A stretch of DNA of 64,000 nt, from NCBI RefSeq assembly GCF_009914755.1, contig NC_060927.1; one strand, 5' to 3'. The DNA comes from the human T2T-CHM13v2.0 reference genome, Homo sapiens. The position numbers and the translations under genes are program-made. Below the pieces are notes generated by a model that was not told the DNA's origin, made no database searches, and saw only the letters and a program-made list of their open reading frames with translations. How positions within the stretch are numbered: the stretch's first letter is position 1; the number at the start of each line of letters is the position of its first letter. Below are positions 41,511 to 58,248 of this stretch, in pieces.

Positions 41511-44508
41511 CATATGCAGATTAGCTGTCAGCAGATGCTGGCCGTAATTATGTATGGTCCTGTCTTCTGGTGAATTTTAAATGTTGTCTTCCCTACTGAA
41601 CTGTATGTTTCATAAAGGCAAGGACCATGTCTCATCGATGTATTTCCAGTACCTGGAATAGTAAGGGCCTCCCCCATAGATGCTGTGGCATGTTTATGAA
41701 TTAACAACAGATAAGGAGGCATGTATAATTGTGGTGTGGAAAAAGTGATTGGCCTAGTGTGATTCAGATTCAGTAGTTGAAGTTGGTGAAAATGTGCTAG
41801 TTTAGTTGGATCAAATTTTTTAAAAGTTGTGGTAGAAAACATTAGTGGGTCAATTTTGTAATTGAGACCACCTATATCTTTGTGTTCTTAAATCCTTTCC
41901 CTTTTTCTACTACTTTTCTCCCTTACTAACCTAATTTTCCCCACTCCTCTGGCCCTTTAACTTCTGCCCACTCTGCCTGTCCTCTTTCTTCTCACATATC
42001 TCAGCTTTAAAAATCTATTTACTCTGATTCTGATGGTGCTTCCTTCCGCTTTTGACCCCCATTCTGCTGCCCTTTTTTTCCTCCTCACTGGGGAAAGAGC
42101 ACAAAGAAGGGGACAGTAGGTCAGTAATCCAATATGGTCACAGACACAGCCCCTCACACTTATTTCCACTTTCCTGAAATCGAGGGAGAGGATGGCGTGT
42201 TACCTTGTAAAGAGCCCTGGACCAGAATCCCAGAGGCCCAGTTCTTGTCCAGGCTCTGCCCATGACCACCGGCTGTGTCTGGGCCCTCATTTCCCCATCT
42301 ACAAAACGTGGGGAGACTGGGCTCAGTGGTTAGTAGAGAGGGCAGTGAGTGGGTATCAGCACTACCAACTCTTTCCATCCCAAGCAGCATTTAGAAATTT
42401 AGTTTCCACAAGATTGATAGGGAGAGAAGTGCCACTGCTACAGAACCAGGAACACTAACTTTCTTGCAGAGCAGCAACGCTACCTTTCCTGCAAACCATG
42501 AGTCAATCTTGCACAAGGAAGAAGTAGCAACAGCGTCCTCTTTTGAGTCTGTGATGCCGTAATGATGACCCTTGCAAAGGAATCAACAGCTTTGTAACCA
42601 ACAGTGGACTTTAAAGTAATGGCTATAAATCATGTCTTAAATAATGGCTGTTCATCTGCTAAAACACTGAAAGAGGGTAGGGGAAACGTAGGCAAATACA
42701 GAGGGTCTGTCTGATATTATATAGCTGATTTGCCTTGAAATTATTTTAATGGTACCTGTAACAGGATACAGACAAACCACTGGGCACGGCTTGCAGGGCC
42801 CTCCAAGAGCTGACCCCCTTTCTGCCATACCACCTTGGTAGGCTCCCACTTGCTCTTACTCTGTGGACCTTGAGAACAAACTGTTTGCGCTTCTGTAAAT
42901 GTACTTTATTGTTTCTTGCCTCTCAGATGGTATGTTTTCTTGGTCTGGGATGCCCTTTGCCTTCTTGACTCCTCAGACAACTTACTCTCTCTTTCCAGAT
43001 TCAATTACAGTACTCTGTCCTCTGATACCTCACTTGTCGATTCCTCGTCACCTCTGTCTATCAATGAACATGTCCCTGTGTGTATTATTCCAAGGACCTC
43101 AAAGGATTAATATCCCTCTCTCCCTCTCTGGTCTTCCTTCCTCTCTCCCTTCCTTCCCCTGTGGCTCCATTTGCAGCCCAACCTTTTCCCCAAATAAAAC
43201 CTTAAGTGAACTCCCTTGGTTCAAGCAGGGACTTGACTGCCCAACTCTAGTCTGCTCTGCCTCCCGACTCCCCTCATTCCTGAGGGAGTCCCTGAGGCAT
43301 GTCTGCCAGCATGCACTTTGAGAGACTTTGCAGTAGATTTTTAAGTCCTTAAGAAGCAGGAAATCCTCTTTGAGTGAATAATTTGTTACAAGGACACCTC
43401 AACACCTAGTTCTTCCCATCAGCAGCCTAGGGCTGAGCCAGCCCATGGTACTGGCTCAAGGCCAGAGATGAGGCGGGATAAAAGTGACGTGTGTTACATT
43501 TCGAACACAGGCAGTGGGCAGTTCTTGTTGGAATAAATAAGATATCAGCTCTTTTAAAAAACCTAGTATACTTGGCTTTTGTTGTTGCTACTGTTTTTTG
43601 TTTTGTTGTTGTTGTTGTTTTGTTTTTTTTTTTGTTTTTTTAAGTAGCCACTATGAAAATGATGGAAGGTAACACTGGAAAAGAAAACAACACTTTAAAT
43701 TTTAAATTTCATTTCCCGGCTGAAACAGCAGTTCTCAGTGGGTCTGACAGCTAACTGAAAAATACACCTTGGGATGGCAGTTTGGGCTTACATGAGATCC
43801 TGGAGGTGGAACAATTAGCAGCCTCAGATCACTCCCAGGCAAAGGTATCCCCACGCGCTAGAGCAGGAAGGATGCTGAGCTGTCACATTTTGCTGATCAG
43901 GAAAGGGCCATGAAGGAACTTGCCCAGCATGAGCTGCCTTTTCTATCCCCAGAGAACATCAGGCCAAGTTATGATCCAGATTAAGGCAGACTTGGAGGGA
44001 ATGGCAGGGAGTCAGCCGACCTAAAGCTCACTAGGAACCTGAGGCACAGTCATTGTAAGACAGTTTTTAAAGAGGTAACTTTATAAAATCAGAAATGAAT
44101 TGAGTAGGAAGGGGCCCCTAAGAGCCTAACCCAATCCTCTCCTTTTAGAGATCAGGCCAAAACTTCACAGCTAAACTTAGGACACTTTCTCCTCCATCCC
44201 ACTTCTACCATCCAGCTCCTAAATCACAAATTTCTATCGCCAAACTTTTAAAATAATTTTTAAAACAAACTTTTAATATTTTACTTAACTGGAACTAAAT
44301 ATCGAACCAGTCATCTTTGCTTCACATAGGATTTTTAATAATTTATTTTTTAAATTTGGGGGCAGTGCAACGAAGGGGATGTTATTGCAATAGAATTTTG
44401 AAGGGAAAATGTAACAGTACCCCAATTCTAATTTATTTTTCCTTATAAGAGAAATTTAAAATACAAATATAGACACCATCTAAATTTAGATCTAAAATAC
44501 ATGTTTCA

Positions 44509-44657
44509 AGCTGGTGCAGTGTTGCACGTCTGTACACCCAGCTACTTGGGAGGCTGAGGCAGAAGGATGGCTTGACTCCAGGAGTTCGAGGCTGGCCTGA
44601 GAAACACAGCAAGATCCCATCTCTAAAATGGACAAATGTATGAATGAAAAAAAAAAA
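44509..44657 (+). mobile_element. Alu monomer (FLAM-like)
   Basis: Single-arm Alu ending catctctaaaa with an A-rich tail. Confidence 0.8.
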
Positions 44658-45732
44658 CCACATGTGCAACCAAGAACTAAAAATTAAATTCTGAAAAGAA
44701 AAAACTTCTAAAAGGAGATAAAAGAGTTTAAAAAAATTCTCCATGAAAATTAGAGAAAATGTCCTATCAGATTGCAGTTGCTGAGTCATTTTTTAATAAA
44801 AGGATGAACTGAATTATTTTTTTCCTACAGAAATAACCAATAATGGCAAAAGCTAGTGAACATGCTAAATCTAGAAAAGTAAAACTGATATTCTGATAGG
44901 ACCCCAAGCCTAATGTCAGATAATGTCCTAAAGCATAAAAAGCCTATCCACCAGAAAGGAACAAGAAAGGCATCAAAACAAGGGAGGCAGAGCCTTGGGG
45001 TCACGGCTCAGCCTGGTCCTCAGACACACTTAAGAACCTACTCTGCTCCCCTCTTCCCTTCTTCTCCCTCACTTTTGAGGCAACAAACTATGCTGATCCT
45101 TGTTCTATGTAAAATAATTCAACATCGAGGTGAAATCCAAATCACTCAAGTACGATTAATACAATACCCTACTCCTTCAACTCCTCCCTAAAATGAATGC
45201 AAGAGAAAACAACAGTTTTGTTTTAACAGCCACATAAGCTTCACTTTTGTTATTGTTGTTATTTTCTAAGGAAGAGCAAGAGGGTTTTTGAGCTGCTAGC
45301 CTAAGGCTAGCCTGGAAGACAGAATACTTTCATTTCTAGGTCACCCACATACATTTATTTCTGGCAAAGCACTCAAGCAAACCATCTTTGTTGAAAATTC
45401 AGACATTCCCCCCACTGTCTTCATCCTCCTGCCAAAGGAAGCTCACACACAGGTAGAGAGTGGCTCATTCTCCTTCCTATCTACCTTAGATTTAATCTCC
45501 ACTTTATTGAGGAAGTCGTCTTCAATTTCCTAATTGCAAATGAGTACTCCACCTTTGTGTTTCCACAGAATACTATCCCAACCCCACTGATCATAACCAG
45601 CACTGTGATTTTTTTTTCAAAACACGCATCACCAGAACCATGAAAATAAATCAAATCAAAATGGAAAAAAAAAGCAGAATGTAGAATATGTAGTAATGGC
45701 AGCTGTTGTTTTATGGCTCACCTGTTCTTATT

Positions 45733-45735
45733 CTA

Positions 45736-45769
<34 letters not shown>

Positions 45770-45775
45770 ATCTGT
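45733..45775. repeat. (TCTG)n(TCTA)n tetranucleotide repeat
   Basis: Seen directly. Confidence 0.85.
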
Positions 45776-45784
45776 GTATCAATC

Positions 45785-45915
45785 ATAGATGCTGCAGTGT
45801 GCCACCAAGATTCTCGAGTACAGACTGAAGTACCTGACAACTCTGTCAGGTCCCTCTCTGGGAATGGCCCTTAGCCAAAGAGCCACCTCACCCAAGGTCA
45901 TGCTCCTTCCTGGAG
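45785..45915 (+). mobile_element. LTR16-like (ERVL) fragment
   Basis: gtccctctctgggaatggcccttagccaaagagccacctcacccaaggtcatgctcc. Confidence 0.55.
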
Positions 45916-47242
45916 AAAGGTGAAGGATGATGGCCACTTGGATTAGGATGGAAAGGGTGGAGAATGTGGGAATGGACAGGAGGCCAAATGAAGAGGACTT
46001 GGGAATAGATTGGATATGTATTTCCCTTGTGCCTTCATAGTGCTTGGCACAGCAGGCACTCAGCAAATATTTGCTGAAAAACAGACTGAATGAAGGCATG
46101 AAATTTGAGGGTTGCGTTTGGGTTCTTGGTACCATCCACATATCTACATCTGTTTCCCTTACCCCCACATTTCCCCAGCCACAGAGTGTATGGGACCAGA
46201 TAGGGTGGGGTTGTAAGCAGGAATTATAATTATTTTGCTCATAAATAAAAACCTGGAAGATGATTTTAAGTGGATGAAGTTCTTTTAAACTCTACAGAGA
46301 GACCAGTTTACTTTCCCTTTCCATAGATCACAGAGAAACCAGAAATTGGTTTTAGCTTTACTTCTGAGCTGTCATGATGATGGCAAACATGAACTCTGGT
46401 TTTCCACTCCCATTTGAGACTAAAGGTTAGTTAATATCTATCTGGACATCTTTAGGAATGCTACCTTTCCTTGATACAACATGTCTTGAGGCAAAGAGGT
46501 AGACAAGACAACTTTATGAAAAGACTCCAAAGATCCTTATGATCAAGTAACATGAATGTTCACAGAGCATACTTGGCATGATGTCCATTCCTAAGTCTTC
46601 CCCAGGTTAAATGGAGCCTTTGTGTTTCCTTGGCCTACATGTGCCATTCGTTGGTGGCTTAAAAACCCTGCTCTCCATATGTGCAGAACTGTAATTCAGA
46701 CTTTATGGCTCCCAGACTTGTGGCAGAGGTAAAGCAAGGTACCGACTCAGGATGGTGCCCAAGCAATTACTCTCCATCTCAACACCACTCACTGTGAATT
46801 CCTTTGCTTGGCACCTCTGAGTGACAGAAAATGGATTGCTTTCAAGACTGTTCAGGGGTGGGCCAACTGAAAGCTGAGACTTGCTCACAGACATGAAGTG
46901 GGGAAGAAGAGACTGGGTTTCATTTTTCTTTGTTAGAAACTAGGATTCTTCAGTCTTCCTGGCTGCCAGCTTGGCTCAGTTTATAAATCAAAATGGATGC
47001 TTAAAGGGAAAAAAATCAAATAGTCACAATTTTTAGCAGACAATAGTTAATGTATGCAGATTCCGTGGCAGGGAGCCTAATGCCTGTACCCAGGAAAGAC
47101 ACGCACAGCTGAAGTGACAGCAGTGACGAGGCAGACAAGATGAGGGGTGACGAGAACTCAAAAGCAGACGAGCCAGCCTCTGGGCCAGGGCCTTGCGCCA
47201 AGAACACACTTCCCAGTAACCTCCTCTCAACCCAAAAAATGA

Positions 47243-47683
<441 letters not shown>

Positions 47684-49926
47684 TAACCCCCCTAGGTGTG
47701 GGGGCTCAAAAGATGGCGACAAAGTATGTACATGCAGCCAACTCTTCAGCCTCTCCAAATATCCCACTCCTCCCCACACAGCACAATAGCCTTCCCTATC
47801 CCCTGAACCAAGAATGGCACCTGGGGCTATAAACATCATTCAAAACCCTGGTACCTGAACACTAGTCCAAGGTAAAGTTTACATACAACTCCAGTAAAAG
47901 GTGAAAAATAAGGACCCAGTGGTGATTTTTTCAGAAAACAAGAGGTATTCAACTTAAGCAGGATTCTTATTTTTGGTGTTAAAATGCCCATTAATGAAAT
48001 GTTTTTAACTTTTAAAAGTTAACAACCATATGTTTTTGTTGTTGTTGTTGTTTTTGTTTTGTTTTGTTTTGGTGGGGGGGGGGTTTATAGAGTGAGATTT
48101 TAGTATTCCATGAAATCTGAGAATCCAGGAAAAAGTATTTTTACATACATGAACTTAGTAGAAGGGTCAATAACCCTCTGAAGACACAAAAAAGGTTCTT
48201 GATGCAACCTGGAAAAAGTTAAATGTGAGGGTGTATAGCCCTTAATAACTTAAAATAGCCTGTGTGAATTGTATTGGAACCCACTTCTCTCTCCTCTGGG
48301 TGCCCTAAGTCCCTAATGCCCTTAAAACGCAGTCCTCCAGGCACATGGCTGCTACATACTAGAACAGAAAGCCCCTCAAAGGCAGGAACTCCACCTTAAA
48401 CCTGTTTAATCCTCTAACATTGCCTGGGACAGCGTCTTGTAAAGGGTAGGTGCCAAATCACACTGGAAAACATCAAGTTTCTAGGCCTAGTGAACCTTGT
48501 AAATTGCCACAAATCACAATGAACAGAGATTCCTGTGATCCATCAGGGGCTACACCTGGGAGAATCTTGATAGAATTTGGGGAAATGTCTACTTCCGCGT
48601 GTCAGAAGCTTAAGAAAAAAGAGGACCATAAGAATGGCTTACGGTGTCCTAACTGGAGGGGAAAGCTATGTGATCTGATGTGAGTGTTTTGCTCAACAAG
48701 GTTCTGTTTTTGTTTTCTTTTCCAAGTGTTAACTAAGAAAACTAGGTCACTGAAATAGGCCCTGGAGGCTCACTAGAGACATTAGCATTCTGCATGTCAT
48801 AATCAACAGCTTACCAGAGGAAAGGGTCAGGGAGAGAAAGATGCATCAAGAGAAAAGCAAGGTCCAGACGCTGCCCTGCCAACATCCTTTCACCTCTGCC
48901 TCCTCTTTTCCCGAGCTGGTACTAACTAGAGGTAGGACGATGCAACTGTTCTTGGAGAAACAGGGTTCATTTTTAAAGATTTCAAATCAATAGCTCCCTC
49001 TCTAAGGACTACTTTATGAGGCAACTCTGTCTTTCCCCTCAGGACCTCTGGCAGACTCTTTGCTCACTCCATCCCACCTCCTAGCTGCAGATAAAGAAGA
49101 TATATTACATCCTCTCCCCTGGCCCTGCACAGGGTTGCCAAATGCAGCCCGAAGCTGGCCCCTATTGTCTGAGATTTACAACCAGGTGATTGGGAGTGGG
49201 CAGGGTTGGCTTTGGACCACAGACACGATAGGCTGGGGGTTGGGGGAAATAGATGATAATAATAATAAAAAGGCAATGCTGCATTTCATTTTGCCTAATG
49301 TATGGCTTCAATAGGAAGCCAGTCCACCCACAGTCCTGTCTCATTCACTTAATAGACTTCTGCAGCAGCAGCAGGAGCAGTCTCCTGTTCAGAAAGAAAA
49401 AGGACCACACTGGTGTCATGAGAAAAAACAAAGGCAAAGGACCACAGTGTTCCCAGCTATCATTCTTGGGGTGGCAGTAACACAAATCGGGACCCATTTG
49501 GCTCTTTATTTGGGCTGTTGATGAATAAACCCTCTCCCACGGTGTCCTCAAACCTCCAGCAGTTTTAATTAAAACAAAAGAAATGTCAGCAGGGAAAAGA
49601 CTGGAATATAATTAGGGCCCACCAAATCTAAAGTAATATGGGGGAAAAAGACTAGTAATGAAAGGGAAGCTTTCAGGTTCTTACTGAATCCCCGCTCTGT
49701 TACTGACACAAAAATCAATTTCAATAGGCTTTAGTTGTATCTGAACGGGAACACAGTGACAGATGAAATTTAGTGAGCAACTTACTGGAGTCATAATGAT
49801 TCCCACGGAAAAAAAAAAAAAAGACTACAATGAGCACTCCCAGCCAAATGTCTCCTCTGTAAGAATGTGTATGTTTATTATACATACACATAACATGTAT
49901 GTTGGTAAAATTATATCTAAAACTTA

Positions 49927-50640
<714 letters not shown>

Positions 50641-50767
50641 TGATAATATTGTATATATACAAATATACTACATTGTAAATATATACATATGGAGGAGAGA
50701 GAATTTAAAAACTAGTTTTTTTTTAATCCCAAAAAATGTAAATTCTCCCTCTCAAACCCTTTAAAAC

Positions 50768-50977
50768 AGTGGTTTTCAGCGGGGCAACTTTGCTTCCCAG
50801 GGGACATCTGATGTTGTCTGGAGACATCTTTTGATTGTTATGACTGCAGCTACTGACAATTAGTGGGTAGAGGTCAGGGATGCTACTAAATCTTCATAAT
50901 GCACAGGACACCACCCTTCCCCAACAAGCAATAATTGGGTCTAAAATGTCAATGGAGTCAAGGTTGAGAAACCATGT
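50768..50977 (+). mobile_element. MER20-like hAT-Charlie MITE
   Basis: TIR-like ends cagtggttttca / tgagaaaccatg; 8-bp TSD-like ctttaaaa / ttttaaaa; internal gtagaggtcagggatgctactaaa. Confidence 0.8.
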
Positions 50978-52899
50978 TTTAAAAGAATTTGACATTTCAT
51001 AGGTGCTCAATGAATGCTGGAGTCTATGAAATGTCAGATTCTGCAATAGGCACTAATACTACAAAGATCAAATGATAAGGTCTTGACCTCAGGGATCTCC
51101 CATGGCTTAAGGGAGGCACAGCAGACGACGAATTGTTCTTTCCTTGCTTAGTAGAATCTTACATGTAAAATCTTTTCTTAAATCCCAAAAATGTATGTTC
51201 TTTAAGAACACAGGCAATACTATACCCAGTGACTTCTGAGACCACTTTTCAACTGGCTTTTGAGTGGCCAATTCTAAGACTTTCCCATTTAAGCAGCATA
51301 TTCTAAATTTTTAAAAAACCTAATGAAGTATTATTAGGACTAAATGGAATTTGGTTTATTATAACTGGACACAATTCTGGCTAATTATGTTAATTTTAGA
51401 AAGAATATCCTATTTTCATTTTAAAACAATATTTACATCTTAATAACTCTTCATACTACGTGTTCTTTCCTTCTTAAAGGTTTACTTATAGTTTTAAGTT
51501 ATCAGGTACTCAATTCAGAAATATATTATTTTGTTTGATTAAAATATAAGTCATGTGAAGTTTTAAGCTAAAAATGTAACAGTCAATGACAAGAGAATAA
51601 AGGTGTTTGCCTTTATCCAACATAAGTTCTTCAAATGCAGGGATATAGGAATCTTGCAATTGCTGTAAGCGATCTGTTTCCAAGAAATAAGGAAAGCAAA
51701 ATTCAATTTTTTAGAAAAAATAAATGAGCAGCATTATTCTATATCACTGACACCATTCACCACCTTTTAGATACTTAAGGATTAAAGAACTCAAGATGGT
51801 CAAAGAATAACATCCAAATATAGACTCTCCACAGTGTATGAAAGAAATAATTATGGCCTATTAATTGTTCCACCTGCAATAGCAGAAGACCCAGATCTCC
51901 GCAAAGGCTGAAAATATCTCTCCCCCTCCAACAGATGTCTTCTGTGTCAGCACAGACTGCATTTGCGATTGTGATTTCTGAGCAAAGACCTGCATATTAC
52001 AAAAAGGACATTAGAAAACTGAAAGTTGTTTTATAAATGCAGGATGGCTCTTACATATTCATAATCCTTCAAAGTGATGGCCATCACAGACTACAGCAAT
52101 TTGTCAGCAAACACATCCATCCCTGGGAAGCTAGTTGCTGGGAGTAAGTAGTCAAGTGCCTCTCAGAAACCTGTACTCTCCCATCAGGACAATAATGCTG
52201 AGAACACTTTTGTCTGAAATCTTGGGGGAGGGGCGGGGGTGAAATATGATGACACACTGAGAAAGAACAAGGGCTGTTTTAAGTAAATATGATCTGCCCC
52301 AAGCTCTGGGTAGGCCTGAATGGGAGGGTAGCTGACTAGTTAGTAAATGCATTGATTTATAGTTAAATTTAGCTGCGATCCAACTGTGACCTATCAGGTA
52401 GCTTCGTCTCAAGGAGGGTGAGTTTTCCCTGACTCCAGTGAAATTCTTCTTTCCACCACATTTTCATGCCTCCAGTTTAGGTCGACTCATCAGGGATCGT
52501 GAGACGGGTAAGCACAGCATCTTGCTGACTCTTGGAAATCTTCTCTTCTCGAGCAGGTATTTCACATAGTCTAGGAGAGAATTGACTATCTGTAGCTAGA
52601 GCTCTGCAGGCCCTATAGAGGACGTGGAGGTTACGAGGAAAGGCTTTGAAAGAGGTATGAGGTTCCCTTGGACTAATTAGTGGGTCTAGAGTTAGAACCT
52701 CTAACTGTGTAGAACAGATACAAAACAATTAGCTCACTAGGTTGCAGTAAGGATTAAATTACATGTGTAGATACACTTGGTAGAGTGGCTGGGTAAATGG
52801 TGTTATCACAGTGCTTTTAGTGTGATTGAGGTTCCATTTCTGTTCTCTTCTCCTACTATTCCCCCCCAGTCCCCGACTCGCCCACATTGCAGGTCTAGT

Positions 52900-53630
<731 letters not shown>

Positions 53631-54040
53631 TAAAAATTCATAGCACTTCTTACTTGAAGGCATAACAACTCTGATAGAACAAGTACTGTTATCAGACTTT
53701 AAAACTGAGGCTCAAAAAACCCAAGATTTTTCCAGGTTGTATTTTCCTTTCATATTGGCCTTGCATATAAGTCAAGCAAACAATAAGATATTGTCTCTCT
53801 CTTTTAAAATTCTATTTAAATTCTCTCTAAAGAATAAAGAACAGAAGTGTAAATTAAAATGCCTGATAATCAGAATATATTTTCCACCTAGGAAGATTTA
53901 TTTCTGTAAATATATATGCTTTATTTAAATATTAGCAATATAAAGTATAGAAGCAGAGGTAACTGCATCTCTAAGATATATTTCTGCTAGCAGCAGCCAA
54001 CAGATCTACCTTACAGGTAGCAGTTAAGAATGAGGCTGTG

Positions 54041-54479
54041 CTATTCACAATAGCAAAGACTTGGAACCAACCCAAATGTCCATCGATGATAGACTGGATT
54101 AAGAAAATGTGGCACATATACACCATGGAATACTATGCAGCCATAAAAAAGGATGAGTTCAAGTCCTTTGTAGGGACATGGATGAAGCTGGAAACCATCA
54201 TTCTCAGCAAGCTATTGCAAGGACAAAAAACCAAACACCACATGTTCTCACTCAGGTGGGAATTGAACAATGAGAACACTTGGACACAGGAAGGGGAACA
54301 TCACACACCGGGGCCTGTTGTGGGGTGGGGGGAAGGGGGAGGGATAGCATTAGGAGATACACCTAATGTAAATGACAAGTTAATGGGTGCAGCACACCAA
54401 CATGGCACATGTATATATATGTAACAAACCTGTATGTTGTGCATTTGTACCCTAGAACTTAAATTAAAAAAAAAAAAAA
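54041..54479 (+). mobile_element. 5'-truncated young L1PA (L1PA4/5-like) with a perfect 17-bp TSD
   Basis: ORF2 tail LFTIAKTWNQPKCPSMIDWIKKMWHIYTMEYYAAIKK, 3'UTR G-tract and poly(A). TSD aagaatgaggctgtgct at 54026-54042 and 54478-54494. Confidence 0.96.
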
Positions 54480-56366
54480 GAATGAGGCTGTGCTTTTTGA
54501 ACCAAAGAGAACATTTGATCCTCTTTCCCTGACATAAATATGGAAAGACGGAAAATTTGCCTAAACTGTTAAGACCTCAGTCAGCTAAGGACACCTGCAC
54601 AAAACACGAAAATTGCCTTCCTTCCTCCTCTTCCTCATTTTCAATTGTGAAATAGGTGTAGGCATATGGTCAAAGACTCATAAGCAGGATCTCTTCTAAC
54701 AGCACCTGATCTGAAAATATCAAGTCTAATTTCAACCTAGTTGCCAGTATCTGATTTCAATCACATTGGTTGGGTCTTAGGTACTTGCCTAGGATCCAAA
54801 AGATCAGTATCAATCTGCATTTTTTTTTTTTTATCATTTAACTCAGCAGTCTTGTGTTTGCAACATTAATGGTTTATTTCACTGGTGGCTTCTGTCTGCA
54901 TGAGGGACATTAAGAAAATAAAATTGGCGCTCATATAAGCAAAATAACTGAATTGCTGGATTTAGTCATTAAAATATACCTCATGATATCCCAGGAACTC
55001 TTAACCAGAAAATCTGTCTTAGATTTAATAAACCACTGATGGTAATTTAATGCCAATAATAACACAATATTTATTAACCACTGATGAGCATTCAACGGTT
55101 CATGGGCTTGAGTACTGAAAAATATGTAGCAATTATACATATGATGCTTTAAAAGATTGAATTATACTTCTTAAACATGTTATTTCTGTTTTTACATTTT
55201 TAAACATAAAAAAATCTTTTTGAGAAGAATACATTTTAGGAAACAAATTCAGAACCCATAAAAAAATCTTTGGAAATAATAAATGCAGTGGAGCTAAAGG
55301 AGTAAAAATACATAAGTTCTATTTAGAATTTGATCAGTTTTCAATTTTTCAATAAGGCTCTAGGCAAATCTTTTTAGCTCTCATGGTTTTCATGAAGAAG
55401 AGAAATAGAAATACTTGTTATGCCTGTTTTCCCTTCCAGAACTGAAATGCAAACAGGAGTGTCCGGATAAGGTGAGTTCTTTCGAACTCCACTTTCAGTG
55501 GAGTTGTCTAACCTTGACAACTCCTGCCCAGGGATTCACAACATATCATAAATACATACACTATTACACTATTAAGGAAAAGGGCAGCCAATAAAAATTT
55601 CCTGAAAGGGCATCATTTCTGTAAGTTGAAATGGATTTCAGTGCCCTTTGATATGTGGTCAAGTTTTTACAAAGAAAGGTCTTATGAAGAAAATCTAATT
55701 TCACATAAAATGAACATAATATTTATAGTAAATTAAAAAAAAAAAACACCTTCTTATCCAACTCACAAGCCACATTGTTACACAACTCCAAAAAGCACCC
55801 TTCCCATTGTTTTCTATAAAAGTGGCATCTTCTGGGGTTGAACCTGTTGGTAGCCCTGTTAATTAAAAGTTAAATTCATAGACTCCTTACTGAGCAGCTA
55901 TTATATATAAAGCACTGTCTTCATTTCTGAGGGACCTGAGTCTTAAGTCGATTTTATTATTAAATTATTTACATTTCTCACACAACAAATTTAGCTTCAT
56001 TTTTAATGGATTTTACTCCTAGAGGAAGGTTTATAAAAATATGTATTTTTATTTTTCCCTGTTGGTTCCATTTTCAGAGGCTTTCTCCAAATCAATTATG
56101 GCCAAGATCAACTCATGGCATCTTATTTGGGGGAAGACACCACTAAAAGAAAATCTTCAATATATGTGGTTTTAGGAAACATAATAATTAAAGAAAAATC
56201 GTGAGAAAAGAAATCCACCGTTATTAACTCATTGAGAAAGAACCATCGATGTTAGATCCAGAGTATTCTTCCTTAATTTACTTTGTAAGGTCCTTCGAGA
56301 AAAAGCTCAAGTGCAGAAAACAATTGAAGAGGACTGCAATTTTGTTTTTTTTAGAGACAGAAATAG

Positions 56367-56670
<304 letters not shown>

Positions 56671-58203
56671 AGAAATAAAATTTTAACTTTGTGCTTACTT
56701 AGTGCTATACTATTCTCAAGAGAGAACTCGTTTACTCAAAAAAATCAGGATTCTAATACTTCTCAAACATACTCACTTATTCTGGGGGAAAAAACCACTT
56801 TTCTCAAAGAGCTTAATAAATGATAGCAAAAAAGGGATTTGCTGCATTCCAATTTATTTTGTACTGGCTAATACATTAGCCAGTACATACTTTTCATCTG
56901 GTCACATACTATTTCTACCATGGCTTTAAGTAAATATACTATTAAGAAAACTATCATGTTTTTGAACTCGAAATTTAATCCATCGGCCTCTATGTTACAA
57001 AGGTGAGATAGAAATGAACTTCATTATTGTATTTCATTAATTGACACACCCATATTTGATATACTTTATTAGAAAAATCAACTCAATAGTGATAGGATGA
57101 CAACTTACTGCTTCTCTTTAAATATTATATATTTATTATTAAAATTATTTAAATTTAATAATTTTAATAAGGAGTATATCATAGGGCTTGTCTAGATTTC
57201 AACAAAAGGCTTGAAATTACTACAAGATTATGAAAAAGGAGCAATGAAGCTACTGAAAAAGATTTGTATAAACTTCATAACTGCTATTTTGCATTTAACT
57301 ATACCAATAATGATTCATGAGCAATTTCTTCCTGGATGCCAATACTCTTAGAAACCCTCAAGAAATACAGTATTAAAGCAAATGATTGGAAAAAAGAAGA
57401 CTGAATAAAGGATGCAGTAGTTCAGACGTGTTGTACTTCTATCTCCATTGTGTATAAAGGTGCCAGCTGTGTAGGGACTTGGGCTCTATAAAACAAAGAC
57501 TTTGAAGTTTCATTCTTCAACACTCAACTTAGGTAAGGATGTAATTAAAACAAATTCCACCACCTAAATCAAAGTTAGAGAATTTAGAGAATGCTTTGAG
57601 CATGATCTGAAATGATTTGATAAACAGCACAATTGGGTAAAACTGTCAAGACATTCATAGCTTCAGGAATGGGCTGATAAAAAAACATGTAATAACATAC
57701 AAATACATGAATGTCACCAGAACAGCTGATCACCTTATCATACTAAAAATAAAAGAAACAACATTTAAACCATAAATTTTTAAATTTTATTATAAAGTAG
57801 ATTTGTGAAGGTGATTAAAGGGCCAGAGTTACCCAGGAAGGTTGGGACATCTTTTTAAGATACTTTAACAATAAAAAAAAAAAAAAATAGATCCTCAAGA
57901 TTTTGGTATAATCAAGGTGTTACCATTATCAAATGGAAGAGGGGAAGAATAGATTGATTTTAAAAATCTGTGTACTAATTTTTACAGTTTACATATTTCT
58001 TTTCTATAGATCATCTCATTTGCTTCTGGTAACTTTCCTTTGTCCAAGAATTTACTCACTACTGAATGCCTCAAATGCAGGTCTGAATAAAATGCTATTT
58101 CTTGCCCTCATGGAACTTATAATCATGACTTTCTTTTGTTATACATTTTCGGTATTATGACTATTTTGATTTAAGTAAATCAACATCAAATCCTATTGGA
58201 AAT

Positions 58204-58248
58204 AAGAGAGAGAGAAAGAGAGAGAAACAGACAGACAGACAGACAGAC
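58204..58248. repeat. (GA)n(GACA)n compound microsatellite
   Basis: Seen directly. Confidence 0.85.

Noticed and set aside
42899-43321. Longest ORF in the track (140 aa), and 20053..20445 (130 aa)
   Set aside because: No recognisable domain, pyrimidine-rich or running into an Alu, and within chance length for 64 kb over six frames.
57136-57170. 14-bp inverted repeat ttattaaaattatt / aataattttaataa
   Set aside because: Pure A/T context makes a chance match plausible, and no donor sequence is associated.
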